Shown in pieces: positions 40,936-50,281 of a stretch of 64,000 nucleotides of DNA; the stretch's first letter is position 1; each line of letters starts with the position of its first letter. The notes beneath the pieces were generated by a model. The model had not been told where the DNA came from, searched no databases, and saw only the letters and a list, made by a program, of their open reading frames with translations. The position numbers and the translations under genes are program-made. This DNA is from an uncultured Geminicoccaceae bacterium (lineage in GTDB: Bacteria; Pseudomonadota; Alphaproteobacteria; Geminicoccales; Geminicoccaceae), in contig CAYOCP010000016.1 in assembly GCA_964402505.1 (NCBI GenBank), forward strand, positions 27,853 to 91,852. The letters are read 5' to 3'.

Positions 40936-42459
40936 ATGGCGGAGGAGATCCTGCGCCTCGACGGCCTCTCGAAGAGCTTCTTTGGCGTCGAGGTGCTGCA
41001 TGCCGTGAGCCTCGCGCTGCATCGGGGCGAGATCCTCGGCCTCGTCGGCGAGAACGGCTCGGGCAAGTCGACGACCATGAACATCCTCGGTGGCATCCAC
41101 CAGGCGGATGCCGGCAGCATCACCCTCGACGGCCGATCCTACCGACCAACCGGGCCACGCGACGCCCAGGAGGCGGGTCTCGCCTTCATCCACCAGGAGC
41201 TCAACCTCTTCGAGAACCTTTCGATCGAGGAGAACATCTTCATCAGCGGCTTCCCGAGACGGCTCGGGCGGCTGCCGCTGATCGACCGGGGCCGCATCGG
41301 CCAGCGGACCCGTGAACTGCTAGACATGGTCGACATCCCCTACCCGCCGACGATGCCGGTCGCCAAGCTCAGCCAGGGCGAGCGGCAACTGGTCGAGATC
41401 GCCAAGGCACTGAGCCAGGACGCCCGCATCATCCTTCTCGACGAGCCGACCACCTCCCTGACCCGGCGCGAGACCGAGAAGCTCTTCACCATCATGGAGC
41501 GGTTGCGGGCACAGGGCATCGCCCTCATCTACATCAGCCACATCCTGGGCGACGTGCTGCGCATCTGCGATACGATCCGGGTGCTGCGCGACGGCCATCT
41601 GGTCGGCGGCGGGACGCGCGACGAGATGAGCATCGACACGCTGATCTCGCTCATGGTCGGCCGCAAGATCGAGAACCTCTTCCCGACGCGGGACACGGTG
41701 CCGACCACGACCCCGGCGCTCGAGGTCGCGGGCATCACCCAGCCGGGCGTGGTCAAGGACGTCAGCTTCACCCTGCACACCGGCGAGGTGCTCGGTCTCG
41801 CCGGGCTGATGGGTGCCGGTCGGTCCGAGCTCGCCCGCATCCTCTTCGGTCTCGATCCCTTCGAGCGCGGCAGCATCCGCATCGACGGCGCCCCATTGGT
41901 CGAAGCCTCGCCCGAGGCCTGCATGCGACTCGGCATGGCGTTCCTCACCGAGGACCGGCGCGGCGAGGGCCTGATGATGGAAGCACCGATCACCGACAAC
42001 ATCGCGCTGCCCTCGCTCGGCGCCTATGCCGGCAACGTCGCGGGCTGGATCGCCCGGGGCCGCCTCGAGGAGGACGTCGCCGAGGTCAGCCGCCGGGTCC
42101 GGATCAACACCACCGACTACGGGCGAATGCTGGTCAAGAACCTTTCCGGCGGCAACCAGCAGAAGGTCGTGATCGGCAAGTGGCTCCTGCGCCAGCCCAG
42201 GGTCTTCATCCTCGACGAGCCGACCCGGGGCATCGATGTCGGCGCCAAGCTCGAGGTCTATAAGATCGTCAACCAGCTCGTCGCCGAAGGCAGCGCCGTC
42301 CTTTTCATCTCCTCCGAGATGGAGGAGCTGATCGGCATGTGCGACCGGATCCTGGTCATGAACCACGGCGAGATCACCGGCATCCACGAGCGCGGCGCGT
42401 TCGACAGCGAGCGCATTCTCGAGACCGCCATGCGCAAGAGCCTGGTCGAGGCTTCATGA
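40936..42459 (+). CDS. Sugar ABC transporter ATP-binding protein (duplicated ABC domains)
   Basis: 507 aa: Walker A GENGSGKST, signatures LSQGERQ and LSGGNQQK, Walker B ILLDEPT / FILDEPT. Confidence 0.92.
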   Translation: MAEEILRLDGLSKSFFGVEVLHAVSLALHRGEILGLVGENGSGKSTTMNILGGIHQADAGSITLDGRSYRPTGPRDAQEAGLAFIHQELNLFENLSIEENIFISGFPRRLGRLPLIDRGRIGQRTRELLDMVDIPYPPTMPVAKLSQGERQLVEIAKALSQDARIILLDEPTTSLTRRETEKLFTIMERLRAQGIALIYISHILGDVLRICDTIRVLRDGHLVGGGTRDEMSIDTLISLMVGRKIENLFPTRDTVPTTTPALEVAGITQPGVVKDVSFTLHTGEVLGLAGLMGAGRSELARILFGLDPFERGSIRIDGAPLVEASPEACMRLGMAFLTEDRRGEGLMMEAPITDNIALPSLGAYAGNVAGWIARGRLEEDVAEVSRRVRINTTDYGRMLVKNLSGGNQQKVVIGKWLLRQPRVFILDEPTRGIDVGAKLEVYKIVNQLVAEGSAVLFISSEMEELIGMCDRILVMNHGEITGIHERGAFDSERILETAMRKSLVEAS

Positions 42460-43445
42460 AGACGGGCGCGGCCGGCCGCCGCCTTGCGCTGCTGCTCCTG
42501 CGGAACGCACCGCTGGTCGCCTTCGTCATGGTCCTCGTGGTCTTTGCCGGCCTCTCCGACCGCTTCCTCACGCTCGCCAACTTCACCAACATCGTCACCC
42601 AGTCGTCGCACGTCGCGATCATGGCGATCGGCATGACCTTCGTCCTGCTCACCGCCGGGATCGATCTCTCGGTGGGTGCGGTCATGTATGTCGGCGTCGC
42701 CATCCTCGCCCTCTATCTGGGCGATTTGCCGGTGATGGTCTCCTTTCCGCTGATCGCCGTGCTCGGGCTGGCACTCGGCGCCGTCAACGGCTTCTTCGTC
42801 GTCCAGCTGCGCGGGCTGCATCCCTTCATCATCACCCTGGCGACGCTCTTCATCCTGCGCGGCGCTGCACTCTACCTGACCGACACCCGCATGGTCTTCG
42901 CCGAGGAGCCGATCATGAGCCTCGGCCGGACCAGCTATCTGGGCGTGCCCTGGGCCATCTGGATGTTCGCGCTGGTCTTTCTCGTCGCCTGGGTGATCCT
43001 GCGCGAGACCCCCTTCGGCCGCCAGATCTACGCCGTGGGTCAGGATCCGGTCGCGGCCGGCAAGGCAGGAATCAACGTGCCGCTCGTGCTCTTCGCCGTC
43101 TATTGCATTTGCGGTCTCTGCGCCGCATTGGGCGGCCTCGTATCGATCGCCCAGGTCGCGGCCGCCTCCTCGACCTTCGGCTTCCAGAAGGAGTTTCCCG
43201 TGATCGCCGCCGCCGTGCTCGGCGGAACGAGCCTCTTCGGCGGTCGCGGCGGGGTCGTCGGCACCGTCTTCGGCGCCATCCTCATCCAGACGGTCGAGAA
43301 CGGCCTCGTGATGACCAACGCCAACCCCTATGTCTACCCCCTGGTGACCGCCGCCATCATCTTCCTTGCCGTCTTCGTCGACAGCCAGCGCACCCGCATC
43401 CTCGACGCCATGGGCCGCCGCAAGATCCGCGTCGAGGAGACCTGA
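42456..43445 (+). CDS. Sugar ABC transporter permease (second RbsC-type subunit)
   Basis: 329 aa, GIDLSVGAVMYV and LGGTSLFGGRGG motifs. ATGA overlap with the ATPase stop. Confidence 0.88.
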   Translation: MKTGAAGRRLALLLLRNAPLVAFVMVLVVFAGLSDRFLTLANFTNIVTQSSHVAIMAIGMTFVLLTAGIDLSVGAVMYVGVAILALYLGDLPVMVSFPLIAVLGLALGAVNGFFVVQLRGLHPFIITLATLFILRGAALYLTDTRMVFAEEPIMSLGRTSYLGVPWAIWMFALVFLVAWVILRETPFGRQIYAVGQDPVAAGKAGINVPLVLFAVYCICGLCAALGGLVSIAQVAAASSTFGFQKEFPVIAAAVLGGTSLFGGRGGVVGTVFGAILIQTVENGLVMTNANPYVYPLVTAAIIFLAVFVDSQRTRILDAMGRRKIRVEET

Positions 43446-43459
43446 CCGCCGCCATCGGG

Positions 43460-43753
43460 CTAGGAGCCTGCCCGTCCATCGAGCGCCTGCTCGAGAGCCA
43501 GGATGCGACGCTCGAGGGCGCCGAAGCGGCGGTCGAGTTCGTCCACGTGCATGTAGCGCGGCACCGGGGTCTCCTGGACGAACTCCCGCACCCGCTGCTC
43601 GAACTCGAGCCCGCCCTCGCGCAGCCTGAGCACCAAGAGGCGCACGAGCTCCTCCTGCGCCGGTGTCAACGCCAGATTGACCTGCCGCGTCGCCGCCGAG
43701 CGGGTCGCGCGGACCGGCGCGCGCCGGGCGTCATTCGTGGGTGCTGTCGCCAT
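43460..43753 (-). CDS. Hypothetical 97-aa protein, possible ribbon-helix-helix DNA binder
   Basis: A basic N-terminus, then RQVNLALTPAQEELVRLLVLRL (beta-strand plus helix, as in CopG/Arc-type RHH) and a C-terminal coiled coil. Divergent from the MAPEG-like gene across two perfect palindromes. Confidence 0.45.
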   Translation of the reverse strand: MATAPTNDARRAPVRATRSAATRQVNLALTPAQEELVRLLVLRLREGGLEFEQRVREFVQETPVPRYMHVDELDRRFGALERRILALEQALDGRAGS

Positions 43754-43811
43754 GTGTCATCCTTACCTCACCGGCGATTCCAGAGGCAATCGGTGCCCGA
43801 GGGCGGCGAAC

Positions 43812-43833
43812 AAGTCTAGACTTTTGCTAGCAA
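43812..43833. promoter_or_regulatory. Two abutting perfect palindromes in a divergent intergenic region
   Basis: AAGTCTAGACTT (43812-43823) is immediately followed by TTGCTAGCAA (43824-43833), in a locally AT-rich patch between the 97-aa ORF (-) and the MAPEG-like ORF (+). Confidence 0.45.
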
Positions 43834-43876
43834 TAGCCTATGGATGCGTCCGCCCGCCCCCGGAGACCCGAAGCCG

Positions 43877-44305
43877 ATGCTCACCCCGCTCTATGTCGTC
43901 GTCATGGCGACGCTCTACATCGGCCACACTTGGTACCTCATCCTGCTGAAGCGCCACGCCCGCAAGAAGCGCGTGGACTGGCCGATGCGCCGCTACGACC
44001 GCGCCTCGCACGGCCGCAACTTCATCGCCCAATACACGCCTTTGGCGCTCCTCCTGCTCGCCGTGGTCGAGCTCGGCGGTGCGCCCGCAACGATCGTCCA
44101 CGCACTCGGCCTCATGCTGGTCGCCGCCGCCCTCCTGCACTGCCACGCCTTCGGCTTTCCGGCACGCAACGCCAGCGGCGTCGCCGCCATGGTGCTGGTG
44201 ACCACCATGTACGGGACCACGGCGCTCCTCGCCCTCGCCCAGTATGTCGGGATCGCCGACATGCCGCCCGCGTCCATCGTGGCGCATCTCGGGCGGGCAT
44301 GGTGA
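43877..44305 (+). CDS. MAPEG-family (YecN-like) inner-membrane protein
   Basis: 142 aa with the hydrophobic helices and central motif ...RASHGRNFIAQYTPLALLLLAVVELGG...HALGLMLVAAALLH, resembling the R.HGN..EY.P signature of bacterial MAPEG proteins. ATG 43877 lies inside tracked ORF 43844..44305. Confidence 0.55.
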   Translation: MLTPLYVVVMATLYIGHTWYLILLKRHARKKRVDWPMRRYDRASHGRNFIAQYTPLALLLLAVVELGGAPATIVHALGLMLVAAALLHCHAFGFPARNASGVAAMVLVTTMYGTTALLALAQYVGIADMPPASIVAHLGRAW

Positions 44306-44691
44306 ACCCGGCGCCCGACGGCGATGCCGCCCTCGCCTACATCCTGCAGAAGCTCCGCGAGCAGGGGCCGGCAACCCACGGCCAGCACGGCTACCATTTC
44401 ACCGTGGTCGATCTGGCGTCGCGCTACGTGGCCGAGGTGCTCGGGCGGCGCCATCCCGATCCGATCGAGAACGCCGACACCTACGCCGTCTCGACGCCGC
44501 TCTACGACGCCGCCTGGGAGCTGGCGCGGCGCGGCATCGTCCGGCCGAGCGTCCAGACCTCCTTCATGCAGTTCGACGCCTACCAGAGCACGGGCGGCGG
44601 CTACACCCTGACCGCCATCGGCGCCCAATGGCTCGAGACGCTGGGCGAAGCCCGCCTCGCGCTTCGCGATCCCTGGGGTCCTTTCCCCTGA
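44299..44691 (+). CDS. Hypothetical 130-aa protein
   Basis: MVNPAPDGDAALAYILQKLREQGPATHGQHGYHFTVVDLASRYVAEVL... Overlaps the MAPEG-like stop by 7 nt. No family recognised. Confidence 0.45.
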   Translation: MVNPAPDGDAALAYILQKLREQGPATHGQHGYHFTVVDLASRYVAEVLGRRHPDPIENADTYAVSTPLYDAAWELARRGIVRPSVQTSFMQFDAYQSTGGGYTLTAIGAQWLETLGEARLALRDPWGPFP

Positions 44692-44720
44692 CCCACGCCT
44701 CGCCCCGCTTCCCCATCACC

Positions 44721-44754
44721 TTGCGTCGGCGCGTCACGCTGGTATAATCAGCAG
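44721..44754 (+). promoter_or_regulatory. Putative sigma70 promoter with extended -10, copy 2 of the shared 15-mer
   Basis: TTGCGT (44721-44726), a 16-nt spacer, then TGGTATAAT. The 15-mer TGGTATAATCAGCAG (44740-44754) is identical to 38694-38708, and the next four bases also match 3/4 (TCAA vs CCAA). Confidence 0.5.
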
Positions 44755-44786
44755 TCAATGGGGCCTGGAGGACCTCGGGAGGGAAG

Positions 44787-45806
44787 GTGCAGCATGAACC
44801 GGGCGATCCGCCGATGCTGAAGGGTGGGGTCATCGGCTGCGGGTTCTTCGCCGCCAACCATCTGGCCGCATGGCAGCTCCTCGACGGCGTCCAGATCGTC
44901 GCCGTCTGCGACCGCGACCCCGAAAAGGCCCGATGGAACGGTGCCGGAAGCTATTCCGATGCCGCCGCGATGCTGGAGGCCGAGGAGCTCGACTTCGTCG
45001 ACATCGTCACGACGGTCGGCTCGCACCGGCCGCTGGTCGAGCTGGCCGCGTCCCATGGCGTCGCGGCGATCTGCCAGAAGCCCTTCGCGGCGAGCCTCGA
45101 GGACGGTCGCGCCATGGTCGAGGCCTGCGAGCGGGCCGGCGTGCCGCTCATGGTGCACGAGAACTTCCGCTGGCAGTCGCCGCTCATGGCCGTCAAGGCC
45201 GTGCTGGATTCGGGCGAGATCGGCGAGCCGACCTACGCGCGCCTCAGCTTTCGCCACGCCCACGACATCTATGCCGACCAGCCCTATCTGAAGACCGAGC
45301 CCAGGCTCGCCATCATGGATCTCGGCATCCACCTGCTCGACCTCGCCCGCCATCTCCTCGGCGAGGTCAGGCGGCTGCACTGCCGGACCCAGCGGATCAA
45401 CCCGGAGGTCACGGGCGAGGACTGCGCCACCATCGTCCTCGATCACGCGGACGGTGCGGTCAGCCTCGTCGACTTCTCCTTCAGCACGAAGCTCGAGCCG
45501 GACCCCTTCCCCCAGACACTGGCGCGGATCGAGGGCACCCTGGGCACGGTCGAGCTCGGGCAGGGCTACCGGCTCAAGGTCTCGGGCGAAGGCTGGTCGC
45601 GCGAGAGCAGCGTCGAGCCCGAGCCGCCGGCCTTCGGGGCAAAGCCCTGGCATGTCATCCAGGAGAGCGTCTTGAACATCCAGCGCCACTGGCTCGAATG
45701 CCTGCGCACCGGTGCGGCACCCTCGACCTCGGGCGCCGACAATCTCGAGACCCTCGGGCTCGTCTTCAAGGCCTACGAATCGGCGGCGACCGGGAGGGCG
45801 CTTTGA
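44787..45806 (+). CDS. Gfo/Idh/MocA-family NAD(P) oxidoreductase, paralogue 1
   Basis: GVIGCGFFAANHLAAW Rossmann N-terminus, ICQKPFA, MVHENFRWQSP, DLGIHLLDLARHLLGEV. GTG 44787 (the GGGAGGG motif ends 3 nt before the GTG) or ATG 44814. Confidence 0.88.
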   Translation: MQHEPGDPPMLKGGVIGCGFFAANHLAAWQLLDGVQIVAVCDRDPEKARWNGAGSYSDAAAMLEAEELDFVDIVTTVGSHRPLVELAASHGVAAICQKPFAASLEDGRAMVEACERAGVPLMVHENFRWQSPLMAVKAVLDSGEIGEPTYARLSFRHAHDIYADQPYLKTEPRLAIMDLGIHLLDLARHLLGEVRRLHCRTQRINPEVTGEDCATIVLDHADGAVSLVDFSFSTKLEPDPFPQTLARIEGTLGTVELGQGYRLKVSGEGWSRESSVEPEPPAFGAKPWHVIQESVLNIQRHWLECLRTGAAPSTSGADNLETLGLVFKAYESAATGRAL

Positions 45807-46819
45807 GCGTGCTTCGGGGTGCGGTCATCGGCTGCGGCTTCTTCGCCCAGAACCACCTTAAGGCCTGGGGCGACGTCGAGGGCGCCGAGCTCGTGGCGGT
45901 TTGCGATCTCGATCCCGCCAGGGCCGAAGCCGCGGCGACGATCACCGGGGCGACGCCCTACACCGATGTCGAGGCCATGCTGGTGGCGGCGCAGCCGGAC
46001 TTCATCGACATCGTGACCACCATGGAGACGCACGAGGCGTTGGTCCTCGAGGCCGCGGCCGTCAAGGCCCATGTCATCTGCCAGAAGCCCTTCGCCACCG
46101 ACATCGACGCGGTCCGTCGCATCCTCGACACCGCCGAGGCCGCCGGCATCCGCCTCATGGTGCACGAGAACTTCCGCTTCCAAAGGCCGCTCGTCGAGCT
46201 GAAGCGGGCGATGGCGGAGATCGGCCAGCCCTTCTTCGCCCACATCGCCTGGCGCACCGGCTACGACGTGGTGGCGGGCCAGCCCTACCTCGCCGAGGTC
46301 GAGCGCTTCATCGTCCTCGATCTCGGCATCCACGTCCTCGATGTCGCCCGCTTTCTCCTCGGCGACGTCGAGGACCTCTACGCCCGCACGCAGCGGACGA
46401 TGCCGCGCGCGATTGGCGAATCGCAGGCGACGATGTCGCTCCGCCATCGCTCCGGCGCCGTCTCCGAGGTGGCCTGCACCTACACCAACCGCATCGACCC
46501 GGACCCCTTCCCCGAGACCCTGATCGAGGTCGAGGGCACCGCCGGAACGCTGCGTCTCGGACGCGATTTCCGGCTCGAGCTGCACCGACCGGGCCATGTC
46601 GAGGTGCGCGAGGTCCACCCGAGGCCGCCCGCCTGGGCCGATCCCCGATGGGCGCTGGTCCAGGAATCGGTGCTCAACACGCAGCAGCATTTCATCGACT
46701 GCCTGCGCTCGGGCGACGAGTTCGCCACCTCCGGCCGCGACAACCTCAAGACCTTCGCCCTGGTCGAGGCGGCCTATGCATCGGCCGAATCGGGCCAGCC
46801 CGTGGTGCCCGAGGAATGA
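45803..46819 (+). CDS. Gfo/Idh/MocA-family NAD(P) oxidoreductase, paralogue 2
   Basis: AVIGCGFFAQNHLKAW, ICQKPFA, MVHENFRFQRP, DLGIHVLDVARFLLGDV. The TTG 45803 start overlaps the upstream TGA by 2 nt (TTGA); GTG 45809 is the alternative. Confidence 0.88.
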   Translation: MSVLRGAVIGCGFFAQNHLKAWGDVEGAELVAVCDLDPARAEAAATITGATPYTDVEAMLVAAQPDFIDIVTTMETHEALVLEAAAVKAHVICQKPFATDIDAVRRILDTAEAAGIRLMVHENFRFQRPLVELKRAMAEIGQPFFAHIAWRTGYDVVAGQPYLAEVERFIVLDLGIHVLDVARFLLGDVEDLYARTQRTMPRAIGESQATMSLRHRSGAVSEVACTYTNRIDPDPFPETLIEVEGTAGTLRLGRDFRLELHRPGHVEVREVHPRPPAWADPRWALVQESVLNTQQHFIDCLRSGDEFATSGRDNLKTFALVEAAYASAESGQPVVPEE

Positions 46820-48063
46820 GCTCGCGCATCCACGCGCACTATCTGGTCGAGACGGCCGACGACCCGCGTCGGGCTGTCGAGGTGATGGCCGGCGAGCAGT
46901 CGTCCGGAACCTTCATAGCCCTCCCCGGCGAAACGCCCGAGCTCAAGGAGCGCTTCGGCGCGCGGATCGAGAAGCTGGATCTCCTCGAGGAGGTGGCCGA
47001 ACCGAGCCTGCCCGGCGCCCGATCCGGCCCCGTCCATCGCCGCTGCCGGGCCGAGCTCTCCTGGCCGCTCGACACTGTCGGCCCGTCGCTCCCCAACCTC
47101 GTCGCCACGGTCGCGGGCAATCTCTTCGAGCTGCAGCAGCTCTCGGGGCTGCGCCTGCTCGACATCGACCTGCCGCCGGCCTTCGGCGAGCGCTATCCGG
47201 GCCCCGCCTTCGGCATCGAAGGTACCCGGCGCCTCGCCGGCGTGGCGGAAGGTCCCCTCATCGGCACCATCATCAAGCCCTCGGTCGGCCTCTCGCCCGA
47301 GGCCACGGCGGAGATGGTCGAGACGTTGGCCCGGGGCGGCATCGACTTCGTCAAGGACGACGAGCTGCAGGCCGACGGCCCCGCCTGCCCGTTCGAGGCG
47401 CGGGCGCGGGCGGTCATGCGGGTCATCGACCGGCACGCCGAGCGGACCGGCAAGCGGGTCATGTTCGCCTTCAACCTGACCGGCGAGATCGACGAGATGC
47501 GCCGCCGCCACGACCTCGTCCTCGAGCTCGGCGGCACCTGCGTCATGGCGAGCCTGAACTCGGTCGGGCTCGCCGGCATGGTCGAGCTCGGGCGCCACAG
47601 CCGGCTGCCGATCCACGCCCACCGCAATGGCTGGGGCTACCTCTCGCGCCATCCGCTGCTGGGCTGGTCCTACCCCGCCTGGTCCAAGCTCTGGCGGCTG
47701 GCGGGCGCCGACCACATGCACGTCAATGGCATCCGCAACAAGTTCTGCGAGCCCGACGAGAGCGTGATCGCCTCGGCGCGGAGCCTCCTGACACCCTTGT
47801 GGGACAAGAACCCCTGCATCGCCATGCCGGTCTTCAGCTCGGGCCAGACCGCGGCCCAGGCGCACGACACCTTCGCGGCGATCGGCACGACCGACCTGAT
47901 CTTCGCCGCCGGTGGCGGCATCATGGGACATCCGGGCGGCATCGAGGCAGGTGTCGCGAGCCTGCGCCAGGCCTGGGAGGCGGCCGCCCTGGGCATCCCT
48001 CTCGCGACCGCCGCGGCCGAGCATGCGGAGCTGCGCATCGCCCTCGGGGCGCTCGGCCGGTGA
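46816..48063 (+). CDS. RuBisCO large-subunit-like protein (form IV RLP)
   Basis: 415 aa: GTIIKPSVGLS (cf. KPKLGLS), GIDFVKDDE (carbamyl-Lys/metal motif KDDE), PIHAHRNG (HxHR), HMHVNG...NKF, VFSSGQ, FAAGGGIMGHPGG (phosphate-binding GGG). ATGA overlap with the upstream gene. Confidence 0.9.
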   Translation: MSSRIHAHYLVETADDPRRAVEVMAGEQSSGTFIALPGETPELKERFGARIEKLDLLEEVAEPSLPGARSGPVHRRCRAELSWPLDTVGPSLPNLVATVAGNLFELQQLSGLRLLDIDLPPAFGERYPGPAFGIEGTRRLAGVAEGPLIGTIIKPSVGLSPEATAEMVETLARGGIDFVKDDELQADGPACPFEARARAVMRVIDRHAERTGKRVMFAFNLTGEIDEMRRRHDLVLELGGTCVMASLNSVGLAGMVELGRHSRLPIHAHRNGWGYLSRHPLLGWSYPAWSKLWRLAGADHMHVNGIRNKFCEPDESVIASARSLLTPLWDKNPCIAMPVFSSGQTAAQAHDTFAAIGTTDLIFAAGGGIMGHPGGIEAGVASLRQAWEAAALGIPLATAAAEHAELRIALGALGR

Positions 48064-49436
48064 GCCTGCCGCAAGGCTGCCTCGTCGCCTTCTACGGCGA
48101 CGACTTCACCGGCTCCTCGGCGGTCATGGAGGTCCTGACCTTCGCCGGTCTGCCGACCGTGCTCTTCACCGAGGCGCCGACAGAGGAGCGGCTCGCCGGC
48201 TTCGCCGGCCACCCTGGCATCGGCATCGCCGGCGTGGCGCGGGCGAGGTCGCCGGCCTGGATGGACGCCAATCTGCCCTCCACCTTCGCGGCCCTGAAGG
48301 GACTCGCCGCGCCCATCGCCCACTACAAGGTCTGCTCGACCTTCGATTCGAGCCCGTTTCTGGGCTCGATCGGCCGCGCCATCGACCTCGCGGCCCCCGT
48401 TCTCGGCGGCGTCTGGTACCCGCTTCTGGTCGCGGCGCCGGAGATCCAGCGCTACCAGCTCTTCGGCAATCTCTTCGCCGCCGTCGACGGTGTCGGCTAC
48501 CGGCTGGACCGCCATCCGACCATGGCGCGTCATCCGGCGACACCCATGGACGAGGCCGATGTCAGGCTGCATCTGGCGAAGCAGACCGCCCGGCCCGCGG
48601 GCCTCGTCGACTACCTGGCCCTCCTCCGCGACGGTGGACGGCAGGCGCTGGAGCGGGAGCTGGCGCGAGGTGCCGAGATCATGGCCTTCGACGCGCTCGA
48701 CGAGGCGAGCCTCGAGGCTGCGGGCCGCCTCATCTGGGAGGAGCGCGGCGAGCGCCTTCTCGCCATCGGCAGTCAAGGGGTCGAGTACGCGCTCGTGGCA
48801 CACTGGCGCAAAGCCGGCCTGCTCGGCCCGCCACCGCCGCGCCGCACCGCCGGCCGCCGGAGGATCGCCGTGGCGTCCGGAAGCTGCTCGCCGGTGACGG
48901 CACGGCAGATCGAATGGGCCGAGGCGAACGGCTTCGAGGCCATCCGCCTCGACGTCGCGCGGGCGGTCGACGAGGCAGCCTGGCGGGTGGCGCTCGACAT
49001 GGCGATCGCCGCGGCCGGCACCGCCTGCCGTGCCGGCCGCGAGCCTCTGGTCTTCACCGCCCGCGGCCCCGACGATCCGGCCATTCCCGCCCTGGCCGCC
49101 GCCATCGAGGCCAGCGGTGCCGATGCCGAAACGGTCAACACCCGCATCGGCCACGGGCTCGGCAGCGTGCTGCAGGCGCTCGTCGCCACGCACGATCTCG
49201 GCCGCGTCGCCATCGCTGGCGGCGACAGCTCGGGCCACGCCCTGGCCGGCCTCGGCGTCTACGCGCTCGAGGCCGAGATCGAGCTCGCCCCCGCCTGCGC
49301 GCTCAGCCGGGCCTTCAGCGACCACTCCCGCTTCCACGGCATCGAGATCGCCCTGAAGGGCGGGCAGATGGGACCCGTCGATTACTTCGGCCTGATCGCC
49401 AACGGTCGGCCATCCGCGAGGGAGACACGGACATGA
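48060..49436 (+). CDS. Four-carbon acid-sugar kinase family protein (DUF1537)
   Basis: 458 aa: N-terminal AFYGDDFTGSSAVMEVL (DDFTG motif), two-domain size and a C-terminal ...IAGGDSSG...LKGGQMG. GTGA overlap with the RLP stop. Confidence 0.85.
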   Translation: MSLPQGCLVAFYGDDFTGSSAVMEVLTFAGLPTVLFTEAPTEERLAGFAGHPGIGIAGVARARSPAWMDANLPSTFAALKGLAAPIAHYKVCSTFDSSPFLGSIGRAIDLAAPVLGGVWYPLLVAAPEIQRYQLFGNLFAAVDGVGYRLDRHPTMARHPATPMDEADVRLHLAKQTARPAGLVDYLALLRDGGRQALERELARGAEIMAFDALDEASLEAAGRLIWEERGERLLAIGSQGVEYALVAHWRKAGLLGPPPPRRTAGRRRIAVASGSCSPVTARQIEWAEANGFEAIRLDVARAVDEAAWRVALDMAIAAAGTACRAGREPLVFTARGPDDPAIPALAAAIEASGADAETVNTRIGHGLGSVLQALVATHDLGRVAIAGGDSSGHALAGLGVYALEAEIELAPACALSRAFSDHSRFHGIEIALKGGQMGPVDYFGLIANGRPSARETRT

Positions 49437-50281
49437 CGAGGATCGCGCTGCTCGGCGCCGGCGGCAAGATGGGGGTGCGGCTCGCCACCAACCTCGAGGG
49501 ATCGCCCTTCGAGGTCGCCCATGTCGAGGTCAGCGAGGCCGGCCGCAAGCGCCTCGAGGCGGCCATCGGTGCCGTCTGCGTCGACGAGAAGGAGGCGCTG
49601 GAGCGCGCGGACGTGGTCGTGATGGCCGTGCCCGACGCGCTCATCGGCAAGATCGCGCATACCTTCGTGGACCGGCTCGAGCCCAACACCGCCGTCATCA
49701 TGCTCGATGCCGCGGCGCCCCATGCCGGCGAGCTGCCCGAACGCGCCGACATCACCTATTTCGTCACCCATCCCTGCCATCCCTCGATCTTCCGCTACGA
49801 GCCGACGCTCGAGGCGCAGAAGGACTATTTCGGCGGCGTGGCGGCGCGGCAGGCGATCGTCTGCGCCCTGATGCAGGGACCGGAGGAGCACTACACGCTC
49901 TGCGAGGAGATCGCGAAGACCATCTTCAAGCCGGTCAGCCGCTCGCACCGCGTCACCGTCGAAGGCCTCGCCCTGCTCGAGCCCGGCCTCTCGGAGACCA
50001 TCGGCGCCACGCTGGTGACGGCACTGCGCGAGGCGACCGACGCCGTGGTCGCCAAGGGCGTGCCCAGGGACGCCGCCATGGACTTCATGCTCGGCCATAT
50101 CGGCATCGAGATGGGCATCCTCTTCGAGGATTTCCCGGGCCAGTTCTCGGACGGTGCGAAGCTGGCGATCGAGCAGGCGAAGCCGAAGCTCCTGAAGGAC
50201 GACTGGCTCGCCGTGCTCGAGCCCGACGCCATCATCGCCAGCGTGCGGGAAATCTGCAATCCGCCGAAGGCTCCGAGGTGA
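49433..50281 (+). CDS. NAD(P)-binding oxidoreductase, 6-phosphogluconate-dehydrogenase-C-like / prephenate-dehydrogenase-like fold
   Basis: 282 aa: Rossmann IALLGAGGKMGVRLA, ...VVVMAVPDALI..., helical C-terminal domain. ATGA overlap with the kinase stop. Confidence 0.7.
   Translation: MTRIALLGAGGKMGVRLATNLEGSPFEVAHVEVSEAGRKRLEAAIGAVCVDEKEALERADVVVMAVPDALIGKIAHTFVDRLEPNTAVIMLDAAAPHAGELPERADITYFVTHPCHPSIFRYEPTLEAQKDYFGGVAARQAIVCALMQGPEEHYTLCEEIAKTIFKPVSRSHRVTVEGLALLEPGLSETIGATLVTALREATDAVVAKGVPRDAAMDFMLGHIGIEMGILFEDFPGQFSDGAKLAIEQAKPKLLKDDWLAVLEPDAIIASVREICNPPKAPR

Noticed and set aside
46816-48063. A genuine CO2-fixing RuBisCO / Calvin-cycle locus
   Set aside because: There is no small-subunit gene, phosphoribulokinase, cbbX/cbbR or carboxysome gene nearby. 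The K177-equivalent residue is Ser, and the gene is translationally coupled to a DUF1537 kinase and sugar oxidoreductases. It is therefore called a form-IV RLP.
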